A stretch of DNA of 37,802 nucleotides from a virus (taxonomy: Duplodnaviria; Caudoviricetes): the IMG/VR virus record IMGVR_UViG_3300035494_000040, positions 1 through 37,802 of that record; one strand, given 5' to 3'. The position numbers and the translations under genes are program-made. Under the pieces are notes generated by a model that saw nothing but the letters and a program-made list of their open reading frames with translations, was not told the origin of the DNA and made no database searches. Of the stretch, positions 1-9,030 are shown in pieces (the stretch's first letter is position 1; every line of letters begins with the position of its first letter).

Positions 1-133
1 CTTTCCGTAGTGTCATGACCGTTAACCGCGTCACCCGGTAATGCGATTGATGGTGCTGTCTTCTCTTGAACCAGCGCGTCACCTGCGCGTGTTTCCACCT
101 CGGAATTTGTTAGCACGCGATTTCGTCCATCAT
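1..133 (-). CDS. Possible early-left ORF, truncated by window edge (MMDENRVLTNSEVETRAG...)
   Basis: Open frame from ATG at 133/130 to the edge; weak RBS; no motif. Confidence 0.35.
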
Positions 134-289
134 CTGTTCTCGATGTAATCGCATTGGTGAAGGTGACTGGCAGGTCTCTACTCCTGCGGCTCCGATAACA
201 CGTCCATATCACGTTGGCCTAACATGACAGTCAATCACCTTCCCAATGCGCCCTGATAACAGGGACATTGTGTTCTATTTGATATGTTT

Positions 290-445
290 TCAGTTAGTTT
301 GGAATTCTTCATACTCCCTAATAAATGACATTGCTGCGCTAGCGTTGAATGCGCAATACAAAATATTGCTAAAATCACCTATACGAACTACAAAACATCT
401 TCCAAATCCATCTCTAGCCCATGTTAGTCGATTTAATTCAGACAT
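290..445 (-). CDS. Small early-left hypothetical protein (51 aa)
   Basis: AAGGAG RBS before ATG at 445 (better than TTG at 484); first ORF downstream of PL. Confidence 0.65.
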   Translation of the reverse strand: MSELNRLTWARDGFGRCFVVRIGDFSNILYCAFNASAAMSFIREYEEFQTN

Positions 446-773
446 TTGTTTCTCCTTAGTGGCTTTATCGCTGACTCTCGCCAAGTAGGTGCGAAAGAGC
501 CAGCTGTAAAACCTGTTCCTACCTCACCGCCGGAACGGGGCGGGGCCAATAGCAAAGCGGGTCATTCACACGGTTAAGGCATCCACCACATATCAGCCGC
601 CACAGTTCTCTGTAACGTTGTTTACCGCCAAGGCAATCTGATACCCGGTCGCCGTTTGAAGCTAGTTGGGTCTATTTACGCAGATTTCTGTCCTCCGCTG
701 CGTGTTCCTCGGAGTGACCTAGTTTGGTTCCCTCATTGGTGAGGGTGCCAAGGTTAGTCGTTCATGGGCCTGT

Positions 774-786
774 TTGTTAAAGAGCG
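774..786 (-). promoter_or_regulatory. boxA antitermination element (nutL-like)
   Basis: Minus strand reads CGCTCTTTAACAA, consensus boxA, just downstream of PL. Confidence 0.85.
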
Positions 787-808
787 TGGCGTAGTGCCGA
801 TTGATTTA

Positions 809-859
809 AGTTTAATCAATTAAACACCTCAGTCAAGTAAAAAGTTTAATGAGTTAAAC
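809..859 (-). promoter_or_regulatory. PL promoter with two OL operators
   Basis: 16-bp palindromes GTTTAATCAATTAAAC (810-825) and GTTTAATGAGTTAAAC (844-859); minus-strand TTGACT (836-831) and TAAACT (814-809). Confidence 0.8.
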
Positions 860-932
860 ATTTTTTTAATGAGTGATTTTTACTGGCAATGAAAAACTAT
901 GCGAATGCAGGGTGTGTAGGTGAGCGATGGGC

Positions 933-957
933 AATAAAAAACCCGCCGAAGCGGGTT
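933..957 (-). terminator. Rho-independent terminator closing the immunity operon
   Basis: AACCCGC-TTCG-GCGGGTT followed by T run on the minus strand. Confidence 0.8.
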
Positions 958-1035
958 AGGTGTATATATTGTGTACAATTAAATTGTTGTATAACATTTT
1001 TTCGTAAATACCATCTTTGCTTACGAGGCTGTTTA

Positions 1036-1469
1036 TGAGTTTTCTCAAATCTGCATCAGATAGAAACTGCTCCATCATACGCCTGTACACACTTCACGGT
1101 TTGATTGACGACAGACTGCGTTTTGCACAAAAATCCGATGACGGAACCGTCAGGTGTGATGCCAAGGTGCTTTCTGACAATGCCGCTGGCGTCGATGCTT
1201 TTATTGATATAATCACTAGACGTTTCAGCCGTGTCAGAAATATCCACGTGAAGCTCAAGAAGCTTCAAGATGCGATTGATTTCAGCCAAACCGGGATTGC
1301 CGTGTGCTTCGGCTTGGATAGCGACAACAATAAATATGCTTTTGTCATCAAGCGTGGCCTTGTAGATGTTATCTACGATCTTCGTGATACTGATCATGAA
1401 CTAATCCCTGTTGGTAAAATTGTTAAATCAAAAAAACAAAGGCCAAAAGTAATAGATAAAGCCGCTTAG
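1036..1469 (+). CDS. Accessory hypothetical protein in immunity region
   Basis: Long ORF; GAGG before ATG 1036; AT-rich upstream region; convergent with 1466-1789. Confidence 0.7.
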
Positions 1470-1789
1470 TCTGTTATACGTCTAATAACATCCATAGCAC
1501 TAAATAGAATTGCTTGTCCGCATTTACTGCATGTAATTTGGTAATAAAAATTCTGCAAGCTTGGTGTCGAAAACTGAATGTTGTTATCTTCTGCAATACT
1601 TGCCGATGGAATAGATAAAATGCGCGGTCGTTTCATTTCACGATCAATACTTAATAGAAATATTCCATTACCATGAGTATTGCCACATACATTGCAATTT
1701 ATTGTTTTTATATAGGTGTTTATGTGTTCTTCAAATTGTTTATTAGTAATACCAAACACCTTTTCAACGTCAGAATTTTCCATAATCAC
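1466..1789 (-). CDS. Zn-ribbon hypothetical protein downstream of cI (rex position)
   Basis: CNVCG and CSKCG motifs; AAGGAG RBS; AT-rich. Confidence 0.75.
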   Translation of the reverse strand: MIMENSDVEKVFGITNKQFEEHINTYIKTINCNVCGNTHGNGIFLLSIDREMKRPRILSIPSASIAEDNNIQFSTPSLQNFYYQITCSKCGQAILFSAMDVIRRITD

Positions 1790-1822
1790 TCCTTGATTTA
1801 TCTACTTTTTTTAAGATGCAGT

Positions 1823-2518
1823 TCAGTAAAGCACTGATAACCAGAACACCTGGCCGATAATGCGCACCTGATCAATTTCCTTTCCTGATATGTCTTCGTC
1901 AGGCCATTCTTCTCTGTTGAAGCTGCGCAAGCGGATCCCGCCGTTAAGGAGGCGATATAGGAGCTTTACCCTAAGCATTCCGCCATGATCTATGGCAAAC
2001 ATTTTGCCGTCTTTGATCGCGGTCTTTTCAGTGTCTATGCCTACTGTTGCTCCATCCGGTAAAACAGGTTCCATGGAGTTTCCAGATACGGTTACACAAG
2101 CCGCAAAATCTTCATTTACACCACATTTCTTAAGTGTCGATTTAGCAAATCTCAGCTTAGATCCACCGTTTTCCTGTACCATGCAGTATCTATTTCCAGC
2201 ACTAAGCTGAACTTCTATAAAGAAAGGCAGAGCAACTTCATCATCATTAAGCGGCGTATCGTCATCCCATAAATCAAAGCTAGAATATGTCCGTGATAAT
2301 TCGTTCTTCCCTACTGGCATATCATTACCAGTCAAAACCCAACTTTCGCTTTTCTTAAGAGCGCGAGCTAGTGGGCCTATAAAGTCGGCTTTTGGTGAAC
2401 TACTTCCGTTGAACCAGTTGCTGACAGTGCCTTTAGTAGCTCCAGTCAGTTTGACGATGTCAACCTGCTTCAAACCAAGTTCTTTAGCGCGTAGCGCAAT
2501 TCTATTTGATCTGTCCAT
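1823..2518 (-). CDS. cI: CI-like repressor (Cro/C1 HTH + S24 autopeptidase)
   Basis: HTH LKQVDIVKLTGATKGTVSNWFNG, AG cleavage site, GNSMEP serine and RVK lysine; start 2518 preferred over 2536. Confidence 0.95.
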   Translation of the reverse strand: MDRSNRIALRAKELGLKQVDIVKLTGATKGTVSNWFNGSSSPKADFIGPLARALKKSESWVLTGNDMPVGKNELSRTYSSFDLWDDDTPLNDDEVALPFFIEVQLSAGNRYCMVQENGGSKLRFAKSTLKKCGVNEDFAACVTVSGNSMEPVLPDGATVGIDTEKTAIKDGKMFAIDHGGMLRVKLLYRLLNGGIRLRSFNREEWPDEDISGKEIDQVRIIGQVFWLSVLY

Positions 2519-2582
2519 GTTTAGTATTTTAAACATCCTTTAGTTTAATTACTTGCACTCTTATGGTTTAATCAATTAAACT
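2519..2582. promoter_or_regulatory. OR region: three operators with divergent PRM/PR
   Basis: GTTTAGTATTTTAAAC (2519-2534), GTTTAATTACTTGCAC (2543-2558), GTTTAATCAATTAAAC (2566-2581, identical to OL 810-825). Confidence 0.85.
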
Positions 2583-2610
2583 TCTGTGAGTATTTCTATA
2601 GGAGATTCCA

Positions 2611-2805
2611 ATGAAAACTAGCGAAGCTGTAGGTTTTTTTGGTACGAAGGCCGAAGTAGCACGTCAGGCCGGGGTATCACGAAGCCGAGTAAGCCAATGG
2701 GGAGAATATGTTCCTGAGCTTCAAGCTTATCGGCTTGAAAGGGCGTCAGGAGGAAAGCTTAAGGCTGATACCTACGCAAACCAGCAAGTAGCGGTTGCGA
2801 GTTAA
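2611..2805 (+). CDS. cro: Cro-like repressor
   Basis: Short HTH (KAEVARQAGVSRSRVSQWGEYVP) divergent from cI; AGGAG RBS. Confidence 0.9.
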   Translation: MKTSEAVGFFGTKAEVARQAGVSRSRVSQWGEYVPELQAYRLERASGGKLKADTYANQQVAVAS

Positions 2806-2838
2806 TCACCGATACACAGGATACCCAATGCCATTGCC

Positions 2839-3327
2839 ATGCTTAAACAAACATTAAAACACCGCCACACCGCATGTATCGAGCCGGAAGATGCGGCGCA
2901 CGTTGTCGGATTGGAACACGGTACGAAAGAACTTGCTGAGCAGATGAATATCCGCCCGGCAGTGCTGGCCAACAAACTCAACCCGGATAACGAAACCAAT
3001 TTTCTCTATTTGCGTGATGCCGTTTTTCTGACAGAGCTCACCGACGACAACCGCATATTGGAAGCCTGGTGCGCCAAACGCGGCGGCGTTTTTGTCCAGT
3101 TGCCTGAAGGCATTCAGAGCGACGAAGAATTTAGCGACCAACTGCTGGAAGTCATGGCGGTTGTTGGCGAGGCAATGGCGACTATCAAGGAGTCTCGGGC
3201 TGACGGGATCGTGACGCCACAGGAACGGAAGCAGATTGGCTTACACCTGCGTAAAGCAGTTACTGAATTGCTGAAACTTGACTCTGCTGTTGATGGGCAA
3301 GTAAGGCATTTGCCAAGCAGAGGTTGA
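2839..3327 (+). CDS. CII-type phage regulatory protein
   Basis: HTH-like LAEQMNIRPAVLANKLNP and DGIVTPQE motif; position after cro. Confidence 0.75.
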   Translation: MLKQTLKHRHTACIEPEDAAHVVGLEHGTKELAEQMNIRPAVLANKLNPDNETNFLYLRDAVFLTELTDDNRILEAWCAKRGGVFVQLPEGIQSDEEFSDQLLEVMAVVGEAMATIKESRADGIVTPQERKQIGLHLRKAVTELLKLDSAVDGQVRHLPSRG

Positions 3328-3328
3328 T

Positions 3329-4192
3329 ATGGCTCGGATAAGAACGGTTAAACCAGAACTTTTCAGACATGAAGATTTGTTTGAAGCAGAAATAGAGACT
3401 GGGTTGCCATTGCGACTGGCTTTTATAGGCATGTTTTGTTGCTGTGATCGCGAAGGTCGTTTTGTGTGGAAGCCTCGCCAACTGAAACTCGATGTTTTGC
3501 CATGGGATAACACTGACTTTTCACGCGTGCTTGACGCGTTAATGACGCGTGGTTTTATTCGTAAGTATTCAGTTGGTGGCGTGAATTACGGTTGCATACC
3601 TTCATTTACGCGTCATCAAGTAGTTAATAACCGGGAAAAAGCGAGTGATATCCCTGAACCACCAGAATATATCGAAGAATTGCCAGCAAACACTGATTCT
3701 ATCGCATTAGATAACGATGAAGATTCACGCGTCAACCACGCGTCAACCACGCGTCACGGAAATTACTCAGTGGAAGGGGAAGGGAAGGGAAGGGAAAAGG
3801 AAGGGAATAAAGGATCTTGCGCCGAGTTAAAAAACTCGCCGCCACCACCCGAAGAAAAAACCGTGATTGTTTTGCCGCTAACGGCGAAAGACGGTGAGTA
3901 CAAAGTCCCAGAATCGGACTTTAAGAAATACATCGAGTGTTTCCCAGCGTTGGACATCATGCAAGAGCTGCGGCAGATGCTGGCATGGCTCGATGCAAAT
4001 CCCACTAACCGCAAAACACGCACTGGCATCAAGGCGTTTATCACGCGCTGGCTAAGCAAATCTCAAAACAGGGCACCTGCACAGCATAACGGCGGATCCG
4101 GTGGATACCGACCGCCAGACATTGACTGGGACGACAAGAGCTGGGCTGACGGGCTAGTTATCGAAGTTCCAACGGGAGGACCGCACTCATGA
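3329..4192 (+). CDS. Replication initiator (O analogue)
   Basis: MARIRTVKPE N-terminus typical of phage initiators; internal iterons; C-terminal FITRWL motif. Confidence 0.85.
   Translation: MARIRTVKPELFRHEDLFEAEIETGLPLRLAFIGMFCCCDREGRFVWKPRQLKLDVLPWDNTDFSRVLDALMTRGFIRKYSVGGVNYGCIPSFTRHQVVNNREKASDIPEPPEYIEELPANTDSIALDNDEDSRVNHASTTRHGNYSVEGEGKGREKEGNKGSCAELKNSPPPPEEKTVIVLPLTAKDGEYKVPESDFKKYIECFPALDIMQELRQMLAWLDANPTNRKTRTGIKAFITRWLSKSQNRAPAQHNGGSGGYRPPDIDWDDKSWADGLVIEVPTGGPHS
3521..3813. repeat. Putative origin iterons and purine tract
   Basis: ACGCGT-core repeats at 11-bp period (3522-3551; CACGCGTCAAC repeats 3726-3756), a single copy near 3608, GGGAA run 3772-3813. Confidence 0.75.
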
Positions 4193-4917
4193 CCACAAAA
4201 TCACTGAGCCAGATTGCCGGAACTGCGATGCAGCAGATTGGCGCTGCTGAAGTGTCGCGCGTTGAACTGGCACAAGATAACCCGGTAGTGCAAATCATCA
4301 GCGATACGCTGGAACGCCTGAAAGCCTGCAAGCCTGCATGGCGAAACAGCCTGAGCAGCAGCCGCGAAGTTATTGCTTGGAAACGCGAGTGGACACAGTC
4401 CATTGCCAGAGCTGGCGTTGTATCACAGTCACAGCTTGACCGCGGCATTGCTGCTGCGCAGATGGACCCAAAACCGTTCATGCCGTCAGTAGGGCAGTTC
4501 ATCCAGTGGTGCCTTGGCACTGAGTCAAGCGACGACCAGATCCGCGCAGCGTTCGACCGCTGCCGCAGCAAACAGCCATATGCCGATGATATCGAGTACG
4601 CTGCTTGGCTTGACGTTGGTTTCGAGTGCCGCCGGTTGCCAATTGGCAAAGACTTCGACCTGTTCAAAACCGTGTATCTGCGCAAGTTATCAATGGCCCA
4701 GCGTGGGGAACGTCTGCCTAGTCGTGACGTGAAGATGATCGCCAATGAAGCACCCAGCGCCAGAGATTACATCGAAGACGAAATTAACAAGCGATTGGCA
4801 GATGGAAGTCGTACCCTGACGAGTATTGAACAACGCATGGCAGCGCTTAGGCAACAGAATCGCACGAATGGCCGCGGTGAAACGTTCAAATACCGGAGGT
4901 CCGCAAATGCTCGCTAA
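4189..4917 (+). CDS. Replication protein P-like helicase loader
   Basis: PAWR...WKREW...GI...PFMPSVGQFIQWC motif; ATGA overlap with initiator. Confidence 0.85.
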   Translation: MTTKSLSQIAGTAMQQIGAAEVSRVELAQDNPVVQIISDTLERLKACKPAWRNSLSSSREVIAWKREWTQSIARAGVVSQSQLDRGIAAAQMDPKPFMPSVGQFIQWCLGTESSDDQIRAAFDRCRSKQPYADDIEYAAWLDVGFECRRLPIGKDFDLFKTVYLRKLSMAQRGERLPSRDVKMIANEAPSARDYIEDEINKRLADGSRTLTSIEQRMAALRQQNRTNGRGETFKYRRSANAR

Positions 4918-5251
4918 ACGTTTACCAGATGATGCACCGACAGGGTTTGAGTTTTTGAAAGCGGCTAACAGCCAAGTTGGTGCCGCCAACGATGACGCTA
5001 CGATCGATGTTTTCCCGCTGCCGTCATACGTGGGAACAATGTCACCGCTGAAAACGATGCCGATCATGTACTTCTGCCGCGGTGGAGTATCGGACAGACA
5101 TTGGATAGCCCAGCGGATGCGTTGCATACCGGAACACTTGAAACACTTTGCTGCCGAGCAGTACGAAAGGCTTTACCAGAATGGTACTGGCCGGGAGCAG
5201 GCTAACAGATGGTTGGATGCCGTAGCGCGTAAGTATCGGGGTGGATTATGA
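4907..5251 (+). CDS. Hypothetical phage protein
   Basis: GGAGG RBS before ATG 4907; coupled to neighbours. Confidence 0.7.
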   Translation: MLAKRLPDDAPTGFEFLKAANSQVGAANDDATIDVFPLPSYVGTMSPLKTMPIMYFCRGGVSDRHWIAQRMRCIPEHLKHFAAEQYERLYQNGTGREQANRWLDAVARKYRGGL

Positions 5252-5736
5252 GTAAATCCAGCAAGCCACACAAAACCCTGGCTAAACGGTATTACAACGT
5301 TGCTCGGGCATTATTGCGTGATTTAGTCGTTGTGTTTGTTGCCGGGAAGAATGACAGCAAGGTACAGGTATGGAACCGCAAACGCGAGAAAGTTGAGTCC
5401 ATTAGCAGACCTACCGCATTGGCTATTGCTGATACCCCGATGCCATGGAGCGTTCTCTGTGCGGTAACCTGCCGCCGACAGGACGGGCAGCAGTACATGC
5501 GCACCGAAGAACTATCCGCTCCGCACCACATCACCCAATCACAGATAGCCAAACACTGCAACGAGCTGCACATGCAGTTGCTAAAAGCGTGCAACCCAAT
5601 ACACAGGTTAACCGCCGCATGGATAGCAGTACCAACAGGCGAAGAGCTGTCACTGGAGGAAGCGGACCGCATTATCACCGCATTGGGCGCCTATGAATTT
5701 TTAGCGCAATGGGAAGCTGACGAGGTGGCCGCATGA
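5248..5736 (+). CDS. Hypothetical phage protein
   Basis: ATGA-coupled ORF in operon. Confidence 0.75.
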   Translation: MSKSSKPHKTLAKRYYNVARALLRDLVVVFVAGKNDSKVQVWNRKREKVESISRPTALAIADTPMPWSVLCAVTCRRQDGQQYMRTEELSAPHHITQSQIAKHCNELHMQLLKACNPIHRLTAAWIAVPTGEELSLEEADRIITALGAYEFLAQWEADEVAA

Positions 5737-6176
5737 ACTACGTGATCGGCATTGACCCGGATGCACAAGCCTCTGGCGTAGCCTTAACCGAAGGCTCGCA
5801 CATAGTCTCAATGCAGAAAATGACACTTCCAGCATTGATTGAATACTGCGTTGAAATGGCAGTCAGCCACAACATCATCGTGAAAATTGAGGACGTGGAA
5901 AATTGGAAGAATGTTCGCCAGCGCCAAGGGCAAAACTTCGCGGCCATGCGCAAAATTTCGCAGAACGTAGGGCAGGTTAAACAGGCTGCTCGCTCAATCG
6001 TTGAAATGCTGATTTCCAAAGGCATCACACCAGTGATGGTTAAGCCTCTGCGTGGGCCTATTAAGCAAGCCAAGAAGAACAGTGCCTATTTCAATAAAGT
6101 CACCGGATGGACTGGACGAAGCAATGAAGATTGCCGGGATGCCGCACTGATTGCCATTTATGGGGTAGGTAAGTGA
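5733..6176 (+). CDS. RuvC-like Holliday junction resolvase
   Basis: VIGIDPD, IEDV and NEDCRDAALIA acidic motifs. Confidence 0.75.
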   Translation: MNYVIGIDPDAQASGVALTEGSHIVSMQKMTLPALIEYCVEMAVSHNIIVKIEDVENWKNVRQRQGQNFAAMRKISQNVGQVKQAARSIVEMLISKGITPVMVKPLRGPIKQAKKNSAYFNKVTGWTGRSNEDCRDAALIAIYGVGK

Positions 6177-6652
6177 TGGCTGAGCTCGCGCTGGTAAAAC
6201 ATCATTCAGGCATATTACTGCCTCTTGCCGCCAACGATGCTGAACTGGTGAATGACAAACTTAACGTAGGAGATGTTATTCGCGCAGATTTCAAGAAAGC
6301 GCGAAACGGCAAATTCCATCGCAAGTACATGTCTCTGCTTAACCTTGCATTCGATTACTTCGAACCAGTACCAGTGATGTATCGCGGCCAGCAGCTTATG
6401 CCGATGAAGAACTTCAATGAGTTTCGCAAGTGGTTAGCAGTGCAGGCTGGATTCTATGACGTAGTTGGCTATCCGGATGGAACTGTGCGGATCCGCGCCA
6501 AGTCAATCAGCTTCGCAAACATGGACGACATTGAATTTGATGCGCTCTATAGCGCCAGCATCGATGTGCTGCTGCCAAATGTGTTGTTCGGAAAATTCAA
6601 GAATGCCGCCGCTGTCGATAACGCGGTGAATCAATTACTGGGGTATGTGTGA
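6173..6652 (+). CDS. DUF1367-like nin-region protein
   Basis: RNGKFHRKY...FRKWL...KSISFANMD motifs. Confidence 0.8.
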   Translation: MMAELALVKHHSGILLPLAANDAELVNDKLNVGDVIRADFKKARNGKFHRKYMSLLNLAFDYFEPVPVMYRGQQLMPMKNFNEFRKWLAVQAGFYDVVGYPDGTVRIRAKSISFANMDDIEFDALYSASIDVLLPNVLFGKFKNAAAVDNAVNQLLGYV

Positions 6653-6951
6653 TGTTGGCCCGTAGCAAGAAAATCACCGACAGCGCCAAAGGCCAAGATT
6701 GCTCTGTGCGTTTGCCTGGCATATGCAATGGCAACAATGAAACGGTGGTGTTTGCGCATATTGGCAAACGCCGAGGAATGGCAATCAAGTGCGCTGACTA
6801 CTTCGGCGTGTACACCTGCAGCGCGTGCCATGACGAAATAGACCGCCGTACTCGGCATATGGATCCGCAAGATTTGAAAGCTGATTTGCTGGCGGCATTG
6901 GAAGAAACACAAGAGCGGCTATTTGATGCCGAATTGTTGATGATTAAGTGA
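6649..6951 (+). CDS. DUF1364/YbcO-like Zn-binding nuclease-fold protein
   Basis: SAKGQDCSVRLPGIC...ETVVFAH...CSACHDEID. Confidence 0.85.
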   Translation: MMLARSKKITDSAKGQDCSVRLPGICNGNNETVVFAHIGKRRGMAIKCADYFGVYTCSACHDEIDRRTRHMDPQDLKADLLAALEETQERLFDAELLMIK

Positions 6952-6958
6952 GGTTGGT

Positions 6959-7303
6959 ATGGCTAAGTTTAGAAAGAAACCTGTAGTTATCGAAGCTACA
7001 CAGTGGTTCAAGAATGGTGATCATCCAGAAGATAATTGCGTGGAGATTCCATCAAACAAAGATGGCGACTACCAATCAAATTTATCTGAAGGAGCAATTG
7101 TTCGTTATTACAGACTTCCTAATCTTGATGGAAACGTACCTTGCAAGCACTGCGGAAAGGTTATGCATGTTCACGGTTGGATAGATACCCTAGAAGGTGG
7201 TCATGTTGTTTGTCCAGGTGACTTCGTTATCACTGGCGTTAAAGGTGAACACTATCCATGTAAGCCGGATATCTTCGAACAGACCTATGAGCTAGTGGAG
7301 TAA
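6959..7303 (+). CDS. Conserved phage protein ([10 protein letters not shown]...YPCKPDIF family) with CKHC insert
   Basis: Recognisable terminal motifs; GAGG RBS. Confidence 0.8.
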   Translation: MAKFRKKPVVIEATQWFKNGDHPEDNCVEIPSNKDGDYQSNLSEGAIVRYYRLPNLDGNVPCKHCGKVMHVHGWIDTLEGGHVVCPGDFVITGVKGEHYPCKPDIFEQTYELVE

Positions 7304-7308
7304 TCACC

Positions 7309-7821
7309 ATGGGACAACGCGGAGTAAACAAAGTCATTATCGTTGGCAACTTAGGCCAAGACCCTGAAGTACGTTACATGCCTAACGGTAATGCAGTAGC
7401 GAATATCACTGTGGCCACAAGTGAAACTTGGAAGGACCAGCAGGGGCAGCAGCAGGACCGTACTGAATGGCACCGAATTGTTATCTTCGGAAAGCTGGCA
7501 GAGATAGCGGGTGAGTATTTGCGAAAAGGTGCGCAAGTGTACATGGAGGGGAGGCTTCAGACTCGTAAGTGGAAAGACCAACAGGGTGTTGACCGCTTCA
7601 CTACTGAGGTTATCGCTGACACTATGCAGATGTTAGGTTCTCGCCAGTCAAGCAACGGTCAAGCAAATAACGATTATCAAGCCCAGGCGCACCAAGGACA
7701 ACATCGGGCACCGCAACAACAGCGACCGGCACAGAATCAACCTGCGCAACATCAGCCGCAACCACAGCAGAATTACACGCCAGATTTGGATGATGGTTGG
7801 GACTCGGATATTCCATTCTGA
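7309..7821 (+). CDS. ssb: Single-stranded DNA-binding protein
   Basis: [22 protein letters not shown] fold; acidic DIPF tail. Confidence 0.97.
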   Translation: MGQRGVNKVIIVGNLGQDPEVRYMPNGNAVANITVATSETWKDQQGQQQDRTEWHRIVIFGKLAEIAGEYLRKGAQVYMEGRLQTRKWKDQQGVDRFTTEVIADTMQMLGSRQSSNGQANNDYQAQAHQGQHRAPQQQRPAQNQPAQHQPQPQQNYTPDLDDGWDSDIPF

Positions 7822-7831
7822 GGGGTGAACA

Positions 7832-8282
7832 ATGAAAAAGTGTGGTCAGTGCAATCTAACTAAACCGTATTCTCAATTTCATAAAAGAAGCGCGTCAAAA
7901 GATGGACTATCGGCTTGTTGCAAAACCTGCCAAAAGAAATATGACGATGCCCGTCTTCGCGATCCAAAAAAGAATGAAAATGCGGATTGATTACCAGAAA
8001 ACAGAACGCGGTAAAGCTGCTCATAAGCGAGCGGTAAATAAATGGTTGGATAAAAACGATATTAAACGCAAGTCTCACATTATTGTTGGCAATGCCATCA
8101 AATATGGGAAGTTGAAAAAAGAGCCATGTGAAGTTTGTGGGTGTTTAGATGTTCATGCTCACCATGATGATTACGCAAAACCTTTAGATATTCGTTGGTT
8201 ATGCGACATTCATCATAACGAGTGGCACTCAAAATATGGCGAAGCTGCCAATTCTGAAAGATACAACGATAATGCAGCATAA
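7832..8282 (+). pseudogene. Zn-finger/HNH-like protein split by a +1 frameshift at A6 run 7966-7971
   Basis: 7832-7990 encodes MKKCGQC...CKTCQKKYDDARLRDPK; the +1 frame continues RMKMRIDY...CEVCG...HAHHDDY...WLCDIHH. Confidence 0.7.
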
Positions 8283-8359
8283 CTCATTGATGCGCTGTTA
8301 ATTTTTGAAATGCGCAGATTGATAGTGGATGTAGATAACAATAGATTGGAGCGCTTCTG

Positions 8360-8935
8360 ATGATTTATATAGCAAATCTGTTTCTTCTGACTGCACCGAA
8401 GGGCATGCCGCTGCAAATTATCAGCGGTCGCGGTGTGTTTACCAAGGATGATGCGCTAAACCTTATCGCTCAGGCCCAGGGTAAGTTTCCAGTTGGGATA
8501 AAAGTGCTTGAGGCAAGGATAGGTGGAATCGAACAGGCAGCTTTCACTCTGAGAGAAACATTGACATCTGCGCTACTTCAAGATGATGTAGAAATGCCGG
8601 AAGCCAAAGCATTATCAAGAATGGCCGTTGATGAAGTTTGTGGCACCCGTATCTGTCAAAAGTGCAAGGGACGAGGGTACAGTATCAGCAATTGGAACGG
8701 CTCGGCAAAGCAAGTGTTGTGTAAGCGGTGCTATGGAGTGGGTCACATACTAAAAACGTCACTTGAGCTTGCTCAGACAATATCTGTGCTGCTACAAAGA
8801 GAAGTCACAGAAGACGTATTCACGCAGATGTACTATGACCAGTATATGGACTGTGTGAACCAGCTATGGCAGGAGTCAGGAGAAGCAGAACGCGAGTGCA
8901 AACGGTTGATGCGACTATGGCGGGAAGTGGCTTAG
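8360..8935 (+). CDS. Late antiterminator Q-like protein
   Basis: Two CxxCxGxG motifs; lies before a promoter, terminators and lysis genes. Confidence 0.8.
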   Translation: MIYIANLFLLTAPKGMPLQIISGRGVFTKDDALNLIAQAQGKFPVGIKVLEARIGGIEQAAFTLRETLTSALLQDDVEMPEAKALSRMAVDEVCGTRICQKCKGRGYSISNWNGSAKQVLCKRCYGVGHILKTSLELAQTISVLLQREVTEDVFTQMYYDQYMDCVNQLWQESGEAERECKRLMRLWREVA

Positions 8936-8978
8936 TCAATTAAGTGGTAACTTTTAACTAAAAATGAATAGACTGCCA

Positions 8979-9030
8979 TTGACAACTTAAAATCAGTTGT
9001 TGACACAAAACCTCTACAGTGATTGAATAT
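8979..9030 (+). promoter_or_regulatory. Putative late promoter PR'
   Basis: TTGACA at 8979 and 9000; weak -10 near 9023. Confidence 0.55.

Noticed and set aside
150-250. tRNA gene
   Set aside because: The T-arm-like loop lacks TTCRA, and there is no clear D arm, anticodon arm or CCA end
930-957. 28-bp inverted identity with 16653-16680 as a recombination site
   Set aside because: Both are a common UUCG-loop terminator sequence; no recombinase nearby
3721-3813. CRISPR array or microsatellite
   Set aside because: Short tandem units without spacers inside a replication gene; better explained as iterons
7965-7976. Programmed -1 frameshift at A AAA AAG
   Set aside because: The -1 frame stops almost at once (GAA TGA); the downstream domain is in the +1 frame
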